A stretch of 32,875 bases of DNA from Candidatus Woesearchaeota archaeon. Its GTDB lineage: Archaea; Nanobdellota; Nanobdellia; Woesearchaeales; DSVV01. A program made the position numbers and the translations under genes. Positions 27,087 through 32,875 of the stretch are shown here, piece by piece; position 1 is the first letter of the stretch, and each line of letters begins with the position of its first letter. Under the pieces are notes generated by a model, which saw only the letters and a list, made by a program, of their open reading frames with translations, was not told the DNA's origin and ran no database searches. The stretch is taken from the NCBI GenBank assembly GCA_016205905.1, contig JACQSP010000031.1, positions 1 through 32,875 on the forward strand, written 5' to 3'.

Positions 27087-29588
27087 CTAAGTTTTACTGG
27101 TTGATAATTCTAACTCCTCAATCTTAATACATTCACCATCTTGACAAACCTTACCTTCTGCACATTCATTAATAATATATGCTAAATTATTTTCGTTGCA
27201 GGATATTTCTGCAATGTACTTATTCATGTAAGCAGAGTCAAACACTTCTTTGCTTTCACTGCATTCAAATTCATTGTACCACATATCATCACCAAATTCA
27301 TTAACATAATTAATGGTTGTTTCACCATTTTCTTCATCATCAATTACTTCACAAAACTTCTGGCTTTCATCAACATTTACACATTTTCCATAATGGCAAA
27401 CCATGCTTTCCTGTGAGCAGTCATAAGGCTCAGTCATCTTAAGCTCATTGCCATTACAATAAAATTCTACCAACAAGTTGGTGTTTTGTTCTACATTATC
27501 GCTTTCACTTGTATCTTCAACACAATAATCATAAGCATAATCTTTCATACCATATTCATTTACAGAATCAATATCCCCTAAATTATAATAATCTAATCCA
27601 TTATCACCTTCTTCTTCACAGCTCTTTAAAGAAGGGTTCGGATATGTACACACAGCATTTGCGCAAAGAGCAACACCAAATTCATTTGTGTATTGTGTAC
27701 AATCAATCTCTGTAGAATAAAGGTTATTATTTTGGTCAAGAGAATATTCAATTAATTTGTAATAATTCCATGAACAGAAATCTTCGCTGCCGGCAACAAA
27801 AGGATCATTCTCTGTATCTTCAGTCTTTGAGCCGTCTTTATTGTCAGGTTGCTCATCAGGTGGTTCAGATAATTCTACACATTTCCCATTTATACAAACA
27901 CCTTTTTCTGAGAAACAATCATATTCTTTAACATTAACAAGCTCATCATCTTTACAATAATATTCTTTTACATATTGATAGTCAATACATTCATCCTTTA
28001 ATAGCATCTTTTTTCCGTCAATAGAAGTATAATCCACTTCGCCATAAGTAAATGCATCCTGCCCTCCTTCCAAATCTTTACAGTTAAGATTATTTTCTTC
28101 AATAGGCACGCATTTACCATCTTCGCATTTCGCATCCATTACTGTACAGTCAACTTTTTTCTCGCCGTGAGGATAAACATAAAGGCCACTGTCTAATTGG
28201 AATATTGGTGAAATACAATACTGCTCCCAAAGAAAGACTTTATTATCAAAATTTCCTGTTTCGCAAGTATCTTCCATATTATTACTCATTCCAATATACA
28301 GCCAGTTTGCTGTTCCCTTATTCCAGTAATCTTTTCCATTATCAGTATCAAAACACCAGTTATCACAAATATTTTCTTCTGAAACGTCATTTGGTTTAGA
28401 ATAATAATTATCTCCAAAATAAATCTCTTGAGATTTTATATTATTATCCTCGTCTATCTCAGCAATATTATTGTCAACATCAATACTAAATATTACTTCA
28501 TATGTATCTCCAAGCTGGCCAAACTGCTGTATACTCATTTTTTGGGGATTTTTTACATTGACACATTCTCCTGCCTCAATCGTCTGTTCTTTGGAATTGT
28601 AAGAAAATGTTGAGCTTTTCCCATTCGCTTCAACATTAATGTTGAAATCTTTTGTTACAGTATCTTCTCCATAATTGCATATTTCAAACACAAAAGAATT
28701 AATGCAATTCTCGCTTAAGGCAATCTCATTTATCTTTCCTATGACTAAATCAACATTTGAAGATTCAACCTCAACCACAACTTCTGTTTTGCATTCTTCA
28801 TCGCAACCATCACCTGCAATGTTATTTCCGTCGTCGCATTCCTCTTCAACACCATCTATTACATTAACCAAACCATCGCCGCATTTCTTCATGACACAGG
28901 CGCCTTTAATGCATACATAATTTTCATCGCCAAACATATCCCTGCAATCTATCAAATTAGGTGAAAGTGTTGGCAGTTCTGTAACACTGTCGCAGTATGC
29001 TTCATAAAGATAAGGCAATCCTTCTTCTTTGCAGGTATCATACTCAACAAGGCATTCTTCTTTTTGCGGCTTGTCATAAGTATTAATCCAGTATCCAAAA
29101 GCACCAGAAGCAACCTTTAAATTATTATTTAATGGATTCACGCATACTTTTGAGAAAAGATTGTTTGTACTTATTTTTTTAGAAGCCTCTTCTTTCAATA
29201 CTGCACATATCTGCTCTTTTATTTCTTGTTTCTTTTTTTTCTCCTTTTCTTTATTTGACTTTTCTAATAGCTCGTTACGATTAAATTTGTCTAAAGCTCT
29301 TCTTTTTTCTTTGTCAGCTTCAAATGTGTTTTTATTGTAATTAGAAATACCTGTTTGTTTATCATTAATAAAAGTATTTGACTTTGTATATTTTTTTTCA
29401 GAATCTGTTGCTTTATGTTGACTGTTGTATGAAGAATAAGCAGGCAACATTTTTCTTGCAAAACCAGTAAGGTCTATTTTATTCTCTAAAACAAAAGAAC
29501 TGATTACAGCGCCGAATAATACGATTACAACAAAAGCTATGAAAATTAAATCTCTTCTTTTAAATCGTATTTTAGCAGGATATTTCAT
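27087..29588 (-). CDS. Shorter tandem paralog of the Cys-rich surface protein
   Basis: Same architecture, with shared blocks such as ASGAFGYWI, EECDDGNN, YCISPI and LLVEFYCNG.ELKMTEPYDCS; fewer C-terminal modules. Confidence 0.85.
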   Translation of the reverse strand: MKYPAKIRFKRRDLIFIAFVVIVLFGAVISSFVLENKIDLTGFARKMLPAYSSYNSQHKATDSEKKYTKSNTFINDKQTGISNYNKNTFEADKEKRRALDKFNRNELLEKSNKEKEKKKKQEIKEQICAVLKEEASKKISTNNLFSKVCVNPLNNNLKVASGAFGYWINTYDKPQKEECLVEYDTCKEEGLPYLYEAYCDSVTELPTLSPNLIDCRDMFGDENYVCIKGACVMKKCGDGLVNVIDGVEEECDDGNNIAGDGCDEECKTEVVVEVESSNVDLVIGKINEIALSENCINSFVFEICNYGEDTVTKDFNINVEANGKSSTFSYNSKEQTIEAGECVNVKNPQKMSIQQFGQLGDTYEVIFSIDVDNNIAEIDEDNNIKSQEIYFGDNYYSKPNDVSEENICDNWCFDTDNGKDYWNKGTANWLYIGMSNNMEDTCETGNFDNKVFLWEQYCISPIFQLDSGLYVYPHGEKKVDCTVMDAKCEDGKCVPIEENNLNCKDLEGGQDAFTYGEVDYTSIDGKKMLLKDECIDYQYVKEYYCKDDELVNVKEYDCFSEKGVCINGKCVELSEPPDEQPDNKDGSKTEDTENDPFVAGSEDFCSWNYYKLIEYSLDQNNNLYSTEIDCTQYTNEFGVALCANAVCTYPNPSLKSCEEEGDNGLDYYNLGDIDSVNEYGMKDYAYDYCVEDTSESDNVEQNTNLLVEFYCNGNELKMTEPYDCSQESMVCHYGKCVNVDESQKFCEVIDDEENGETTINYVNEFGDDMWYNEFECSESKEVFDSAYMNKYIAEISCNENNLAYIINECAEGKVCQDGECIKIEELELSTSKT

Positions 29589-29689
29589 CAAAACCCTCTT
29601 TTTTAAGCAAATATATAATTATTAGAAATGGATATATATATGTATTACTATTTTTAAAGAATTTTCAAAGAAATCAGTTTATAATAGAA

Positions 29690-29884
29690 TCAGCTTACAA
29701 ACACAAAATACAATATTGTTAAAGAACCCCACATCTTAAACCTTAAGCCCCAGTCACCAAAGAATAACACCGCAAGCATAGATATTATGAAAACTAATGT
29801 AAGCCCCATATTGTTATGTTTAGAACACTCTTCTTTGCAAACTCTTTCATAAACCATGCCCATTGCAGGATATAAATTAGTCAT
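29690..29884 (-). CDS. Small putative membrane protein
   Basis: 64 aa, strong GGGGAGGT RBS, two hydrophobic segments. Confidence 0.5.
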   Translation of the reverse strand: MTNLYPAMGMVYERVCKEECSKHNNMGLTLVFIISMLAVLFFGDWGLRFKMWGSLTILYFVFVS

Positions 29885-30213
29885 ATTATACCTCCCCTTT
29901 ATCAGGAATTAAGGAATTTAATAGCTTTTAAATAGTAAAATTAATGTAATCTCTCTTTTGGTTACAGATATAAGTTAAATGTGATCCTAAGACAAAAATA
30001 AAAAGATTAATTGTGATTAATGTATTAATGTAATCTTAAATCTTCTGACTGCCCCTACAAAAGTAATATGGTTGAAATATTATATATATCTTGTCCTTAT
30101 AATTTATATAACCTGTGAAAATGGAGCCTTACTCATGATATTATATTCTAAGCCACAATTAAAATTATATTGACCACAATATTTATTAAAAGAGCATATA
30201 AATGCATTAATCT

Positions 30214-31098
30214 ATGCTTTGGCTAATACTAGGATTAATCTGCGCATTTTTTTATGCATTATATCATTTGGCTAATAAAAAGTATATAAAAAATGCTGAT
30301 GCTACTTATTTTGCATTTTGCGGCATATTAATGACTGCAATTATCACTCTGCCTTTGTTACCATTATTATGGTCAAGGTTTGTGTTTAACTGGACTGTTA
30401 TTATCTCTTTTTTTATTGTGGGAATAATGGTAGTTATTACAAGACAATTGTATATGCATTCAATAAAGATAGAAGATGTTTCTATAACAACACCATTGTT
30501 AACAATAACACCATTATTTACTTTGATTCTTGGGATGGTATGGATTAAGGAATTTCCATCTTATATTGGGATTATAGGAATTGTTCTTTTAGTAACAGGA
30601 ACTTATTTCTTAAACTACAAAAGAAGAAAAGATGGACTTTTAGAGCCATTCAAGCTAATATTCAGAAACAAAGGCTCGTTATATATGTTTATTGTTGCAT
30701 TTATTTTTGGCATTGGCTCTATAATGGACAAGTTTATCATAAATAACTCTAATTATATTACTCATGTATTGATTTACAATTATTTTGTTATTCCGGTATT
30801 CGTTGCTTATCTTCTATTTAAAGAGAAACCGTCTTCATTTATCTCTAAAACAAAAAATATATTCAAAACTAATTGGAAAGGGTTGTTAATTACAACACTT
30901 ATTTATTTTGGAGTAATGTTATCATATGTGATTGCGATAAGTTTAACTTATACTGTTTATATTATATCACTAAAAAGAGTTTCAGCAATTTTCACTATAA
31001 TTATGGCTTATTTTTTATTTAAAGAAAAAAAGAATTTCTGGCACATTCTTTTCGGCACAGTGCTTATGGTTCTAGGTGTTGTGTTGATAGTTATATGA
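30214..31098 (+). CDS. EamA/DMT family transporter
   Basis: About ten TM segments in two repeats; VSITTPLLTITPLFTLILG...KE and ISLKRVSAIFTIIMAYFLFKEK. Confidence 0.9.
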   Translation: MLWLILGLICAFFYALYHLANKKYIKNADATYFAFCGILMTAIITLPLLPLLWSRFVFNWTVIISFFIVGIMVVITRQLYMHSIKIEDVSITTPLLTITPLFTLILGMVWIKEFPSYIGIIGIVLLVTGTYFLNYKRRKDGLLEPFKLIFRNKGSLYMFIVAFIFGIGSIMDKFIINNSNYITHVLIYNYFVIPVFVAYLLFKEKPSSFISKTKNIFKTNWKGLLITTLIYFGVMLSYVIAISLTYTVYIISLKRVSAIFTIIMAYFLFKEKKNFWHILFGTVLMVLGVVLIVI

Positions 31099-31125
31099 TT
31101 TGCTGTTAATATGTGGCGAATGACA

Positions 31126-31362
31126 TTTGTTTGGCTGAGGTTCTGTTTCTCAATCTTCTTTATATCTTTTTTTCGCTCTCAATCCTGTTTTCCGCTCACA
31201 ACTCGTTCGTGGGACGAAGTCCACCGTACCATGAAAAAAAACTGTTTGTCGTAAGTCGTTTGTCGTCTGTCGTAAACGGAAAAACAAAAAACGCAAAAAA
31301 CTGCTGACGACAAACGACCTACGGCTAACGGCTTACTCGCTCTTGGCTGCGCCCAGGAACTA
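31126..31362 (-). repeat. REP/REPIN-like structured element, copy 3 (TTTGTCG-heptamer hairpin)
   Basis: On the minus strand: TAGTTCCTGGGCGCAGCCA (31362-31344), heptamer hairpin 31245-31332, box B (+ strand GTGGGACGAAGTCCACCGTACCATGAA, 31209-31235), TGTGAGCGG and tail GATTGAGAAACAGAACCTCAGCCAAACAA. Confidence 0.85.
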
Positions 31363-31444
31363 TATAAAAAGAACAATTAGATAGTTCAGAACAACAAACT
31401 ATTAAAACCTTCGCAGTTTCCTGAGGTTTGCAGAGGTGTTAAAT

Positions 31445-32746
31445 ATGCCAAATATTCTTGTAGTGGGCTCGCAGTGGGGAGACGAAGGAAAAGGCAAGAT
31501 AGTAGATTTCTTATCAAATGATGCAACTGTTGTTGTAAGATATCAAGGCGGTGCCAACGCAGGCCATACTTTGGTAATCAGTGGAAAAAAATATGTTCTT
31601 CACTTAATCCCTTCGGGCATTCTAAATAAAAAAATTTGTGTACTTGGCCAGGGCATGGTAGTTGATTATAACGAATTCATTAAAGAGATAAGTGAACTAT
31701 CTAAATTAGGTATAAGCACCACCCCTGAAAATGTAATTCTTGATGAAAATGCTCATTTGATATTACCATATCATTTGATAATTGACGCGATTACTGGCAA
31801 AGAAATAGGGACAACTGGAAGAGGCATTGGCCCTGCATATATTGATAAAATAGCAAGAAAAGGTATTAGGGCAAAAGATGTCGGAAGTATGGGTTTAGAA
31901 GAAAAAATAAATAAAAATGTAGGATATAGAAATCATCAAATTAATTTTTATTTAACAGATGAGATTACAAGAAGAGAAACAATCAGAACTCTTTGTAGAA
32001 AAAATCCATTTTTAGAGCAATTTATAGATGACAATTGTTATATTGATGCAAAAAAGGTTTATAATGATTTAATGGAAAAGAAACAATTATTCAGTCTGTT
32101 TATAAGAGATGCTAAGCCAATTTTAATTGAGGCTGCAAGTAGATGTTCTTTGTTGGCTGAAGGAGCGCAGGGCATTCATCTTGACATTGATAATGGATCA
32201 TATCCCTATGTTACATCATCAAACACAGGTATTGGCGGAGCATTAAATGGGCTTGGCATTTATGTTGACTTTGATTATAGAATAGGAATAGCAAAAGCTT
32301 ACACTACAAGAGTGGGAGAAGGGCCTTTCCCGACTGAATTAAATAATCCTCTTGGAGAAGAATTAAGGCAAAAAGGCGGAGAATTTGGAGCAACAACAGG
32401 AAGGCCAAGAAGATGCGGCTGGTTAGATTTAGAAGTCCTGAAAAAATCCATATTAGCAAGCGGCATTAATTATATTGCAATGACTAAGATTGATGTACTA
32501 AGCAGCTTAAATTCAATTCCTGTTTGCGTTGGTTATAACAAATCAGAAGGCGCATCAGAACAACCATGTTATGAATACCAGAACGGATGGAACCAAGATA
32601 TAAGCAATGCTAAAACATTTGATGAATTGCCAACAAATTGTCAAAAATATGTTAAAAAAATTGAAGAACTATTGAAAACTAAGATTGGCATAGTAAGTGT
32701 AGGTGCAGATAGAGATAAGACAATTGTCATAAAAGAATTAAATTAA
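31445..32746 (+). CDS. purA: Adenylosuccinate synthetase
   Basis: GSQWGDEGKGKIVD, RYQGGANAGHT, IGTTGRGIGPAY, EGAQG...YPYVTSS and GATTGRPRRCGW. GAGGTG RBS before ATG 31445. Confidence 0.97.
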   Translation: MPNILVVGSQWGDEGKGKIVDFLSNDATVVVRYQGGANAGHTLVISGKKYVLHLIPSGILNKKICVLGQGMVVDYNEFIKEISELSKLGISTTPENVILDENAHLILPYHLIIDAITGKEIGTTGRGIGPAYIDKIARKGIRAKDVGSMGLEEKINKNVGYRNHQINFYLTDEITRRETIRTLCRKNPFLEQFIDDNCYIDAKKVYNDLMEKKQLFSLFIRDAKPILIEAASRCSLLAEGAQGIHLDIDNGSYPYVTSSNTGIGGALNGLGIYVDFDYRIGIAKAYTTRVGEGPFPTELNNPLGEELRQKGGEFGATTGRPRRCGWLDLEVLKKSILASGINYIAMTKIDVLSSLNSIPVCVGYNKSEGASEQPCYEYQNGWNQDISNAKTFDELPTNCQKYVKKIEELLKTKIGIVSVGADRDKTIVIKELN

Positions 32747-32771
32747 TAAGATTTGTTTAGCATTAATGTTC

Positions 32772-32875
32772 TTTTTCCGCTCACAACACGTAACTAAGGA
32801 CGAAGTCCACCGTTACATGAAACTGTTTGAAAGCTTGAAGGTTTGAAAGCTCGAAAGTTATCTGCGTAAAGCGCA
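32772..32875 (-). repeat. REP/REPIN-like structured element, copy 4 (TTGAAAG-heptamer hairpin; cut by the window edge)
   Basis: + strand CCGCTCACAACACGT...GGACGAAGTCCACCGTTACATGAAACTGTTTGAAAGCTTGAAGGTTTGAAAGCTCGAA. From GGAC onward this is a near reverse complement of 2498-2555. Confidence 0.85.

Noticed and set aside
29941..30036. TTAATGTAATCT direct repeat and related AT-rich motifs
   Set aside because: Short and very AT-rich; plausible by chance or local slippage, with no supporting structure.
31113..31376. Short ORFs 31113-31307 and 31179-31376 (also 23149-23382 and 23202-23390)
   Set aside because: They run through the non-coding repeat element or the end of a real gene and have no coding signature.

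Overview
AT-rich archaeal chromosomal window. The archaeal-type AlaRS, ValRS, GlyRS and RFC-L, the tandem Lrp/AsnC regulator, TATA boxes, GGTGA-type RBSs and giant Cys-rich surface proteins suggest a DPANN, Woesearchaeota-like organism (inference). Housekeeping genes (alaS, YbaK family, valS, rfcL, glyS, purA) are interleaved with accessory genes. These include an atypical radical SAM enzyme, a PRTase-like/uridine phosphorylase-like fusion, a DapF-family enzyme with an unknown partner, two paralogs sharing an unnamed domain, and two tandem Cys-rich surface proteins. The most striking content is non-coding. A dispersed REP/REPIN-like element occurs four times. It has conserved boxes containing GNA-triloop mini-hairpins (GGAC-GAA-GTCC / GGC-GNA-GCC), carries three different heptamer-repeat hairpin cores, and one copy has an inserted array of four palindromes. 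Some of these modules also occur alone elsewhere. Also present are a 165-bp MITE with TIRs and a perfect 9-bp target duplication, a second foldback element, duplicated DUF1016 fragments, and a single in-frame TAA interrupting an otherwise intact alaS. All calls were made by eye from motifs; no database searches were run.
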